From a virus (lineage: Duplodnaviria; Caudoviricetes): a stretch of DNA of 27,840 bases. Location of the stretch: the IMG/VR virus record IMGVR_UViG_3300044724_001747, positions 1 through 27,840 of that record; one strand, written 5' to 3'. The notes below the pieces were generated by a model, which ran no database searches, had not been told where the DNA came from, and saw only the letters and a program-made list of their open reading frames with translations. Made by a program: the position numbers and the translations under genes. This document shows positions 1 through 8,260 of this stretch, piece after piece; positions within the stretch are counted from its first letter, which is position 1, and each line of letters opens with the position of its first letter.

Positions 1-53
1 CCCTCAAGAAGTTCTTTCTTGAATGAGTTGCATAGTCCTTGCGTGATCGCCAT
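1..53 (-). CDS. N-terminal fragment of a phage virion/tail-associated protein (MAITQGLCNSFKKELLE...), runs off the window
   Basis: ATG at 53 preceded by AGGAG; frame open to window edge; N-terminus resembles a recurrent protein found after adaptor genes in this phage type. Confidence 0.7.
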   Translation of the reverse strand, partial: MAITQGLCNSFKKELLE

Positions 54-61
54 AAAAACTC

Positions 62-694
62 CTAGCCTCGCGGCGAAAGAATACGGTCGCTGCGATACTC
101 ATCGGTTGTCGTGCGGCCCTCTGTCTGTGCCTTGAGTGGAGCCATTGCTTCGTTGTATCTGTCTCTGTACAGCGTGATTATATCTGCGTCACCTTTCATG
201 TAGGTGTACGCTTCAATCAAGCTGCCATACAGAATAGCCTCTTCGGCAAATGTGCCGAGCCATGACGTGCCTGCCGTAACAATTGTCTCAGGCAGATAGT
301 AGTAATAAATCTCTGTGTCGTAGCTTGCGTCTGGCGTGGGTCCGATCAGCATGGTGTCGGAGTCATAGACGGCGAAGTACTTGGGTCGCCCAGTTGCAGT
401 GTCGTCTGGGTACGCCTGACGAACAAACCCCGGCTCACGAACCAATAGGTTTTCCCATGACCCCGACACATCAATCTGAATATGTGACGGCACAAGAAAA
501 TCTGTGGGTAGCGACAAAAATTTATTTCCAAGTGTCATTTGTCCCATCTGACACCTGTAATTCACAGGAAGATTTACGGTTCGGTAGATCCTGTTTTCTG
601 CAATCTTAACAAAATTCGGGACATTTCTAACAAACGATGCTTCATCGTTTTCACAGTAATCCTGAATCGTCTGGTTTAGTTCTGAGTAGTTCAT
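62..694 (-). CDS. Putative head-tail adaptor/connector protein
   Basis: 210 aa; MNYSEL...FVKIAENRIYR and GRPKYFA...IGPTPD..Y...LYGSLIEAY pattern typical of phage adaptor proteins; position downstream of capsid module. Confidence 0.7.
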   Translation of the reverse strand: MNYSELNQTIQDYCENDEASFVRNVPNFVKIAENRIYRTVNLPVNYRCQMGQMTLGNKFLSLPTDFLVPSHIQIDVSGSWENLLVREPGFVRQAYPDDTATGRPKYFAVYDSDTMLIGPTPDASYDTEIYYYYLPETIVTAGTSWLGTFAEEAILYGSLIEAYTYMKGDADIITLYRDRYNEAMAPLKAQTEGRTTTDEYRSDRILSPRG

Positions 695-1029
695 GTAATC
701 ACCACGCTAACCATGCCAGACCCACTGAAAGCTACAAGATTGCCGTAGGACCCAGCGTTGCCGTTTCCTACTGGATTGAAAGCAGACAGCTTCCTGCTCT
801 CGTCTTGAGCCGTGTCAGGTCTAGGATTTTCCAATGCCTGTGGGTCCGTGTAGTCTCCCATCTTGCCCAGAAAATTCTGAGGATGGTCTGAGTCCCAAAC
901 ATCCTTACCTACCATAAGCCCTGTCTTGACGCCTGCTACATACTCTGGCTTCAAGTCAGACAGTTTGTACCGAAACCCAGTCCGATCACAAAAACCGTAA
1001 GCGTACTTTCCCTCTGTAACCCTAGACAC
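691..1029 (-). CDS. Conserved phage virion-module protein (CDRxGFRY...HPQ...PRPD type)
   Basis: 112 aa; overlaps both neighbours; recognisable GKYAYGFCDRTGFRY, DHPQ and DPQALENPRPD motifs. Confidence 0.75.
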   Translation of the reverse strand: MSRVTEGKYAYGFCDRTGFRYKLSDLKPEYVAGVKTGLMVGKDVWDSDHPQNFLGKMGDYTDPQALENPRPDTAQDESRKLSAFNPVGNGNAGSYGNLVAFSGSGMVSVVIT

Positions 1030-1702
1030 GATACCCTCCCGGTACGAGACGCAAGGACGACCTGTCGCGGTCCTGAGACTGGGCTAGGTCCCACTGGGTC
1101 TCATACTCCGCCTTGAGCATTGGAGAACGTTGCAGGGCCTCTGTGTACTTCATGGAGATCTGGTACGCCAGACCCGCTACAAGACACGGCAAGAACCTAA
1201 ACGGCGTGTCTGCGGTTAATTCGCCCGAAGTTCCTACATCTTCGATGCGGCGCATCCTCTGATATACAAACGTGTAGTCCTGATCGGGCACCGGCCAGAG
1301 GTACGCCACTGGCGCATCTTTTTGTTTGTCTACAAAGATATTTACAGGGCGGCCCGTAGAGTTTTTGTTGGGCAGGTTTGAATATTGAGAGACACTAATG
1401 CGAGACAGGCTTAGATCGTTTTGCGTAGCACCCGAACCCGTGCGAATCCAGTATTCGATTAAGTCTACCGTGTCTGCTGGCAAAGTGACTGTTGCCACGC
1501 CATCTGTTGCTGTTGCTGTGCCCTGTTCAACGGTCCAGAAATTTGTTCCACGATTGGCCCATTCAATCGTGAGCAAGTTAAGAGATCGTATAGCGGTCTT
1601 CATGTCGTAGCCAGTTCGTAGCTTCAGGCCACAACGATCAAACGCTTCTTCTACGATCTCCGTAATATCTAGGTCGAATATCGACGTTCCTGACGTAGCC
1701 AT
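1022..1702 (-). CDS. Putative head-tail adaptor/neck protein
   Basis: 226 aa; MATSGT..FDLDITEIVEEAF...RSLNLL..EWANRG; GRP...LWPVPD; PFRFLPCLVAGLAY; AGGA upstream of ATG. Confidence 0.72.
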   Translation of the reverse strand: MATSGTSIFDLDITEIVEEAFDRCGLKLRTGYDMKTAIRSLNLLTIEWANRGTNFWTVEQGTATATDGVATVTLPADTVDLIEYWIRTGSGATQNDLSLSRISVSQYSNLPNKNSTGRPVNIFVDKQKDAPVAYLWPVPDQDYTFVYQRMRRIEDVGTSGELTADTPFRFLPCLVAGLAYQISMKYTEALQRSPMLKAEYETQWDLAQSQDRDRSSLRLVPGGYRV

Positions 1703-1710
1703 AATTATTC

Positions 1711-2310
1711 CTAGACGATGATAAACGTATCACCAGAAACTGAAGCCGTTGCGATACCATCAATGTAGCTAATAACGCCACTCGCGTTAGTGTAATCGGT
1801 AATGATGGCAGCACATCCCTGTGCTGTTCCAGCGGTAAAGACAATTGTTCTGCCAATTAGTTCATCATCTTCAAACCCAGTCAAGTCGGACTCGCTTGAT
1901 GTTGTTGTTGGAGTCCCGCTTACTGTTCCAGTAAGGATGCCAGCAGCAGAAGCCTTCAGCTTCTGTTCTTCCAGTGTTTCAATTGTAAACTCTGCAACCC
2001 ATGCTTCAATTGTTTGACCATCAACAGTTGCTGTTGGCGTAAAACCAACAATGTATTTCTCTCCTAACCCCCAAAAAGATGCAGGATTACTTGTCATATC
2101 TATTGTGAGTACATGTAAGCCTGTGGTTGTATTCAAGCCTTCGGTAAAGCTATATCCGGTTGTGTCAGCGCGAGCAACGTTGTCCTTGTAAACCTCAAAG
2201 TCTGCAATGACTGGCGTTGCACTAAACCCAATGGTACCACCAGAAGCTGTGTTTGTGCTAATAGGTATGTACAAGGTGGACCCAAAGTCCACGGTTCCCA
2301 AATGAATCAT
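1711..2310 (-). CDS. Hypothetical virion-associated beta-rich protein with C-terminal 'DDELIGRT(I/V)VFT' module
   Basis: Likely start is the ATG at 2310 (MIHLG...), 1 nt after the upstream stop, rather than 2352; C-terminal ~70 aa paralogous to that of 6624-7577. Confidence 0.8.
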   Translation of the reverse strand: MIHLGTVDFGSTLYIPISTNTASGGTIGFSATPVIADFEVYKDNVARADTTGYSFTEGLNTTTGLHVLTIDMTSNPASFWGLGEKYIVGFTPTATVDGQTIEAWVAEFTIETLEEQKLKASAAGILTGTVSGTPTTTSSESDLTGFEDDELIGRTIVFTAGTAQGCAAIITDYTNASGVISYIDGIATASVSGDTFIIV

Positions 2311-2311
2311 T

Positions 2312-4138
2312 CTACAATCCTGTCGGCTGCAACACAGACCAGTACATAACAATAGGCTTGGTAGGAACTACCCACGCGCTAGTGTTTTTCGTTGGTACGT
2401 GCATGACACCATGCGTTGTTGATGAAGAAAAATTTGCAAGGGTTGTTGTAAATCCCCATGTGTTTTCTACCGAACTTTCACCGACCGTGTACTTATAGTT
2501 TACGTTTTGTATAGACAACACATCACCAATCAATTCCATCTTTATTCTTTGGTATGGAGTATTGCCACCGCTTTTGAATGAAGATGCTATTTGTGTGTCT
2601 ACTCCAGCAAGAACTTGATGAAGTACACCAGAAGTACCGCTTACCCAAAAATAATAATAATTGTCTGCATCAACATATCTAATGACACACCCAGCTCGTG
2701 CTTCTACCAAGCCGTCACCCGTTATGTCCACAACAGTGTCTATTAAAATACCTGTTTCTACGTGATCGAACACTGCTATATATCTATCATTAACTCTTTC
2801 GTCAACATTAACGGTTGCCTGTATGTCACCAGACTGGTAACCGAAGTTTGTGCTTATCCGAAAATTGTCTGCGTCGAGCACGGTTACTGCAAACTGCTTG
2901 TCGTAACTGGGGAGTGGTGACCCTCCCGGAAACTCAATTGTATTACTAAGCGTGACGTAATCGTTAGTAACAAATCCGTGACCTGCAACATTGAAATCGT
3001 GTTGCGCGTACACAAGGAAGGGGTTTGTGCCAGAAAGCACTCCTATTGCGCCAACAAACGGGCCGGTTCTTGGCTGAACGGATATTGTTTCACCGTTCTT
3101 ACCTACATACCCGTTTCCGCCAAGGGTAAGAGTCTCAGTCTGCCATGTCGGACTGGAGCCATCATGTGAATAAGTTAATTCTTCTCCACTAATGCTATCT
3201 GAGTTGCCTTCAAAAGAATGGAAAAACAGGAGCTTGTTCCCATAACTCAAGTACGGTAGAGCTGTAGACTTTGCTGCGTTAAGTGCAAACGTACCTCTTA
3301 TATCAAGCTCTTTTTGCTGCAAGGCTTCCCATAACTCAGTCACTCTGGTTTGATCGGCAACATAGTCTGCTACCCATGTCATGTTTTGGAATTTTGCATC
3401 CCCAAAACTGCCGGTGTTGGGCACAAACACTATCCCAAAGGAGTCGTTAGCAAACGGAGCAAGGGTCCACCCAGTATCTGTGCCTACCACCTCTCCGGCT
3501 GAGTACATTACGACATTCCCCAAAGCATCTACCGTGCAGACGAGCATGTTTACAAAGCCATCAATGTTGGCTAGTAGATGCGCGTTTGGGCCACCACCCG
3601 CTTTGGTTGGGTTTAGTAGGCCCCCGTTGGTATCTTGGAACGTAAACGATCCGTCAGTGATAACGCAGTATAAACCATTCTCGCCAGAACCGTTTACGAA
3701 TAACGGGTTAATGTTTTCGTTCCATCGGTTATAAACGAGAATGTATGTTCCCGGACCCCTTGGGTTTAAAGTGGATACATATGGAGACATGCTTACAGTA
3801 GGTATTCGCATGTCAATTGAACCACCACCATTGTCACTTGAGTTCAGGCTGGCCGTGTACAAGCCGCTAAACGGCTGCCTTCCCAGTTGAGTCGAACCCT
3901 CTGGGGTCAAGCCTTCGTTAGTGTACTGAGCGTTTATGCCATTGCCACTATAGTCTACAGCTACAGAACTTCCTGTCGGCTCCTGAAACCTGTAAGAGTA
4001 CCCATCGTACCCTTGGTTAAAGATTTCGTTGATAATGTCAGTAAACTCTGGTACACCTGCACCTCTATGGACATAGTTCATAAAGCTTGGCGTAGGCCCA
4101 ACTAAAGAGCCCCACAAGTTTACTGGCTTTGTTGGCAT
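2312..4138 (-). CDS. Putative lectin-like (LamG/ConA-type) virion decoration/fibre protein
   Basis: 608 aa; YRFQEPTGSSVAVDYSGNG resembles the LamG-like start motif; HGFVTNDYVTLS...FAVTVLDADNFRI resembles an FCCH-like insert; visibly AT-richer than flanking genes. Confidence 0.65.
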   Translation of the reverse strand: MPTKPVNLWGSLVGPTPSFMNYVHRGAGVPEFTDIINEIFNQGYDGYSYRFQEPTGSSVAVDYSGNGINAQYTNEGLTPEGSTQLGRQPFSGLYTASLNSSDNGGGSIDMRIPTVSMSPYVSTLNPRGPGTYILVYNRWNENINPLFVNGSGENGLYCVITDGSFTFQDTNGGLLNPTKAGGGPNAHLLANIDGFVNMLVCTVDALGNVVMYSAGEVVGTDTGWTLAPFANDSFGIVFVPNTGSFGDAKFQNMTWVADYVADQTRVTELWEALQQKELDIRGTFALNAAKSTALPYLSYGNKLLFFHSFEGNSDSISGEELTYSHDGSSPTWQTETLTLGGNGYVGKNGETISVQPRTGPFVGAIGVLSGTNPFLVYAQHDFNVAGHGFVTNDYVTLSNTIEFPGGSPLPSYDKQFAVTVLDADNFRISTNFGYQSGDIQATVNVDERVNDRYIAVFDHVETGILIDTVVDITGDGLVEARAGCVIRYVDADNYYYFWVSGTSGVLHQVLAGVDTQIASSFKSGGNTPYQRIKMELIGDVLSIQNVNYKYTVGESSVENTWGFTTTLANFSSSTTHGVMHVPTKNTSAWVVPTKPIVMYWSVLQPTGL

Positions 4139-4539
4139 TACACGTACTTTTTATCTACAACAAGCATAACAAAGTAGCGATCACCCAAAGCTGCTCCGGT
4201 CGTCGTAAAACTGACATCGCCAGTGACACCGGCACCCGCATTATTTGTGAGTGGCCCAACGTCTCGAAAGTCAAACACTCCTTGACTGTTTAGGCTCAAG
4301 CACAGTGCGTCTACTGTAGCATCCCACAACACATCTACACTCATGCCCGACAAATCGTAGTAGATCCGACTAATAGCAACACTTGTGCATGGGCGATTAG
4401 TGCGACTTTCCGCTTGCAAGGTTGACACATCAATCTTAACGACAGCGGCTTCTCCGGTGCCATCAGAAATGTTGGTAAACTTGAAGACGGCTTGCCGGTC
4501 TCCATCGTGAATCTTTTGAGTAGTTACCGCGTCAGCCAT
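4138..4539 (-). CDS. Conserved small virion protein (MADAVT...FTNISDGTGE family), possible capsid decoration
   Basis: 133 aa; GAAGGTGA RBS; recurrent post-capsid protein of this phage type; paralogous to C-terminus of 4553-6622. Confidence 0.8.
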   Translation of the reverse strand: MADAVTTQKIHDGDRQAVFKFTNISDGTGEAAVVKIDVSTLQAESRTNRPCTSVAISRIYYDLSGMSVDVLWDATVDALCLSLNSQGVFDFRDVGPLTNNAGAGVTGDVSFTTTGAALGDRYFVMLVVDKKYV

Positions 4540-4552
4540 TTTTCACCTTCAG

Positions 4553-6622
4553 TTAATATTTTTTACGCATTACAAGTGTGACAGAGTACGACGATCCCGC
4601 CGATGCTCCATTTGTACTAAATAGAATGTTGCCCGTCTTTCCGGCACCCGCGTTGTTTGTAAGCGGACCCACTGCCCGGAAGTCCCAATCAATGCCAGAA
4701 TCGTCACTGATGGACAAACAGTGCTCTGGTGACGTAGCATCCCACAAAATATCTACATCTACACCAGATGTAATTGCTTTAATCTGCTCAATGTAGACTT
4801 CTCTTACTGGCCTGCCAGTTCCCTCTTCTGGCGAAAGCTGTGATACATCGACCTTGAGTGCGTCAGTCTCATCGGCACTAAGTGTATTTGATATTGTAAC
4901 TACTGTTCTTGTGCCAAAATCAATTGATGTGAGGGGGTTTTCTTCGACAGCGGAGGTGCCGTAGACCTTATGCCCCCCATCTGCGAAGGCGTATTGTGCC
5001 CACGACGTTCCGTAGTCAGTCGAGTACCCGCCGTTTGTAGCGTTCTCTGGCTCTCCGTCAGTAACCCAAGCCATGAGATTGTTGGAATCACCTACAAAGT
5101 CGCCCTGCTCCTCCGCAACAATCGTGTAAAACGTATTTGGGCTTGGGGTGAATGGAAGTGCAAACCAATAATCAGCCGCGAAACTTTCACCCCCTCCTGT
5201 CACTGTAGACATATCGTAGGTAGAAGTTACCGCCAAGTCCGCGCCTGTGGGTTTGTAAATATCTGGCACGGCTCCAGTAGTTGTAGAGGCGCGGATAGAA
5301 ACTTTGAATGTTCCGGTAGGCGTGCCTTTTCTGTAGAGTCTCAGGCAAACGCCCGAGATGCTGTCCGCACTCCCGCTGTTGAACGTAGTGAACACCGATG
5401 TAAATCCGTCACCAACAGGAGAAGCTGAAGTATCTGCAGCGGGCACAAATTCAGACAGCTTCGTGCCCGTGGCGTTGGTGCAGGAGACCACGGGATCGCC
5501 GATACCGCTGCCGTACACGCGCATCAACAAATCACGATTCGACACGGCAGTGTACCCGGCACCAGTGTCGTAGAACAAGTTGCCCGAGCTAGACCCTGCT
5601 AGCTCCGAATCGGCCCAGACGTTGACATAGTTGGTCCCATCCCCGGTCACGCCGGTTAGATCGAACTCTACCGTGTAGTATGTCCCCAGCGGCCCCGTGA
5701 TCGGGGTGATGAGTGGGAAAAAGAACCTGTCAGTTGGCAAGCTCGTTGATGTGAGGGTTGACACATCGTAACTGCGGCTCGACGCCAGCGCGGCTCCTGT
5801 AGGCTCTCCAGTGGAACCGAACGTGCCCGTATGGGCCTTGACTGACAGGTTGATGGTTCCAGTTGGCGCGCCTACCTTAGACAGAGCAAAACAGAAACCA
5901 GAAATTTCGAGCATGCCCGCCGAAGCGAAGGTCTGGCCAACCTTGTCGTAGGTGACACTGGAATAGACCGACACCGAGCCCGTCTCGTCCAAGGACTGCA
6001 ACAACGCACCCGTGGCGGTGGTGCAATCTTCGACTGATGCGGGGCTGCCGTTCACTGAATAGACGGTGAACTGCATATCCGTAGTCTGAGCCGTACCGGA
6101 CGCCGCCGTGATCTGGCTGGCGTACCTGTCTTCGTTGAGCGGTGCGCTGTTCACGGGGAGGACTTGCACACCGCCAGAATAGGTCGAAGTGGTGTTGCTC
6201 CTCCAGCTAAGAGAGCTTCCGCCGCCGCTGAAGACATCGTATGGCTCCAGCAGGAATACATACTTCGTGCTCGCGGCTGGCGTCCATCCCGACAGCGGGA
6301 AGTAGTAGTCCGTTATGGTAGTGAGCCCGTCCACAGCATAGAACGGAGATGCGACTAGAGACGCTCCTGTGGGCAGGTCGCTCGACTCCGCGTATACCGC
6401 TACCCGTACCAGCCCAACGGGCGCAACACCGGACTTGCTCAGTTGCAGCCGAATGCCAGTCAGCGCACTAGGACTGGATGGTGATGTCCATGACTGCCCT
6501 GTCCATGCGAAGCTAGTCGTACTGCCTCCAGTGTTCGTGGAAGTGTTCTCAGCATCCGCCGAGCCACTGACAGCCGACGTTACGAGGTCGATTCCTCGGT
6601 ATGTCAGGATTGATCCGAACAT
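4553..6622 (-). CDS. Modular virion protein: three tandem ~180-aa beta-sandwich repeats plus a C-terminal copy of the MADAVT-type domain
   Basis: 689 aa; three repeats of (G)Q(S/T)(F/W)...(I/L)(S/T)G....L.(K/R).G.P.G.....V.A...PTGA.L; C-terminal VDILWDAT...DFRAVGPLTNNAGAGKTG matches 4138-4539. Confidence 0.8.
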   Translation of the reverse strand: MFGSILTYRGIDLVTSAVSGSADAENTSTNTGGSTTSFAWTGQSWTSPSSPSALTGIRLQLSKSGVAPVGLVRVAVYAESSDLPTGASLVASPFYAVDGLTTITDYYFPLSGWTPAASTKYVFLLEPYDVFSGGGSSLSWRSNTTSTYSGGVQVLPVNSAPLNEDRYASQITAASGTAQTTDMQFTVYSVNGSPASVEDCTTATGALLQSLDETGSVSVYSSVTYDKVGQTFASAGMLEISGFCFALSKVGAPTGTINLSVKAHTGTFGSTGEPTGAALASSRSYDVSTLTSTSLPTDRFFFPLITPITGPLGTYYTVEFDLTGVTGDGTNYVNVWADSELAGSSSGNLFYDTGAGYTAVSNRDLLMRVYGSGIGDPVVSCTNATGTKLSEFVPAADTSASPVGDGFTSVFTTFNSGSADSISGVCLRLYRKGTPTGTFKVSIRASTTTGAVPDIYKPTGADLAVTSTYDMSTVTGGGESFAADYWFALPFTPSPNTFYTIVAEEQGDFVGDSNNLMAWVTDGEPENATNGGYSTDYGTSWAQYAFADGGHKVYGTSAVEENPLTSIDFGTRTVVTISNTLSADETDALKVDVSQLSPEEGTGRPVREVYIEQIKAITSGVDVDILWDATSPEHCLSISDDSGIDWDFRAVGPLTNNAGAGKTGNILFSTNGASAGSSYSVTLVMRKKY

Positions 6623-6623
6623 C

Positions 6624-7577
6624 TTAGAGAATCACGAAGGTGTCGGCGTTTGCTGGCGCGGTTGTCACGGTAGTGAACGTGATGAGCCCACTTGCGCCTG
6701 AATAGTCGGTGATCCGAGCCATCTGCCCATCGGCAGTGCCGCCTGTAAACACCACCGTTCGACCGATCAACTCGTCGTCAACGTAGCCTGTGAGGTCTGA
6801 GGTAGCCTGAGTCGTGGAGAGTGTGCCCGTGACCGCCGCGCCTGCGATCACCACTTTAGCGAACGAGTCCAGCTTGCTCGCTGCCACAATGTCGCCTGAG
6901 ATCGCGACCGCGTTCGTGTCTACATAACCGACGCGCCAAAGCTTGTCGCCAGACTCAACGGCAGCACTCATCGCACCACCCGCAGGCCACGCTTCAACAG
7001 TCGCGAGCAGCCCCGGCGCGGTGTTGCTCTGGATGCGGAAGTACTCAAGCTCGCTCGTTCCTGAGCCGCCGCTATTCTGGCGGAGCCAGAGTTCCCCGGC
7101 CTGAGCGTTAGCTGCGGTCTGTGCATCTACGAAGTCGGCCATGTTCACGACAGTGGTGCTGTTGCTCGTCGTGGTCGTGACCGTGTCCGTGATGAATGTG
7201 GCTTCCGTGAACGTGCGAACTGCGCTTGCGCTTGCGCCCTCAAGCTCAATAACGCCGCCGATCACGATCATGTCAGTGAACGTGCCGCCGTATTCGATAT
7301 AGTCTACACCGCTCGCGACCGCAGCATCCGGCAGATCTAGGCGACCCACCCCGTCTTGGACATGGACAAGCCCGCCGTCAGTGTGGGCACCCGTGACCGT
7401 CTGAGTGGCCTCTGTGATCGTGGTCACTGCGCCTGTGGCACCGCGCCTGTACCAAAAGTCCACGCCCGCAGTGTTGAATGCGTAGCCCGTCTCCGGGGTG
7501 CCATCCGTCGAGTCGATGACCTTAAACGTCACGGATACGTCTGTCGCTCCGTGCTGGACTTTCTTGTAAAACGACAT
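6624..7577 (-). CDS. Hypothetical virion-associated protein with C-terminal 'DDELIGRT(I/V)VFT' module
   Basis: 317 aa, Thr/Gly/Ala-rich; C-terminus SDLTGYVDDELIGRTVVFTGGTADG nearly identical to that of 1711-2310. Confidence 0.8.
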   Translation of the reverse strand: MSFYKKVQHGATDVSVTFKVIDSTDGTPETGYAFNTAGVDFWYRRGATGAVTTITEATQTVTGAHTDGGLVHVQDGVGRLDLPDAAVASGVDYIEYGGTFTDMIVIGGVIELEGASASAVRTFTEATFITDTVTTTTSNSTTVVNMADFVDAQTAANAQAGELWLRQNSGGSGTSELEYFRIQSNTAPGLLATVEAWPAGGAMSAAVESGDKLWRVGYVDTNAVAISGDIVAASKLDSFAKVVIAGAAVTGTLSTTQATSDLTGYVDDELIGRTVVFTGGTADGQMARITDYSGASGLITFTTVTTAPANADTFVIL

Positions 7578-7583
7578 TGTAAA

Positions 7584-8255
7584 TTACCCGTGTTGCTGAA
7601 GAATTGTTGATGTTCCTGCTGCTGCTGCTAGCTGTGCCCAAGTGGAGATAATGATTGCTGGGTTCGCTAAGGTGCTGGTGCTTGTGACTGTCGCGGTGAA
7701 CTCACCAGCAGCCTCGTTCAGGTCGTAAGCGTACATCTGCATGGCATCGCCACCACCAATGTCATAAAACGCGGCTACATCCAGCGTGGAAGAGCTAAAC
7801 ACCTCCCCGTTACGACTGTGCCCCAAGAGAAGTACCAGATCATTCGTCGTCGCGACCGTAATATCCCCGCCCTTTGTGGCGCTTGATCCTGCGCCTCCGT
7901 CACCAACGAGCAAGTCGGATTCCGTGGTCTGTGCGAGGCCGTCAAAGCAGAGTACGGTGCTGGCGTCACTCGTGGAGCCCGTAATGCTACTTGCGTCGAA
8001 CGTGTTCGCGCCGTTGGCGGGCAGGTCGGCTTCAAGGATGTAAAAAACGTAGGCTGAGGTTGTATACCCTGTGTTCTCGTGCGAGCCCAGCAGGGTCATC
8101 GCTTGCCCACCGTAGGTCACCCCTGTCGGCGTGGCGTCGATCGCAGTCTCTGAGCCGTACAGGCCGAACACGATGCGGTTACCGCTGCCCGCAGCGAGTG
8201 TGTGCGAGACAGTGTTGGCCTGGCTCTGCGCGATACTACCAACTAACGAAGGCAT
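7584..8255 (-). CDS. Hypothetical beta-sandwich virion protein
   Basis: 223 aa; SHT...G.NR...TGVTYGGQAMT pattern recurrent in phage structural accessory proteins; tight spacing with neighbours. Confidence 0.75.
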   Translation of the reverse strand: MPSLVGSIAQSQANTVSHTLAAGSGNRIVFGLYGSETAIDATPTGVTYGGQAMTLLGSHENTGYTTSAYVFYILEADLPANGANTFDASSITGSTSDASTVLCFDGLAQTTESDLLVGDGGAGSSATKGGDITVATTNDLVLLLGHSRNGEVFSSSTLDVAAFYDIGGGDAMQMYAYDLNEAAGEFTATVTSTSTLANPAIIISTWAQLAAAAGTSTILQQHG

Positions 8256-8260
8256 CTAGG

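Noticed and set aside
2311-2352. Cys-rich N-terminus MLCTGLCCSRQDCR of the 213-aa ORF
   Set aside because: It overlaps the upstream gene; the ATG at 2310 fits better
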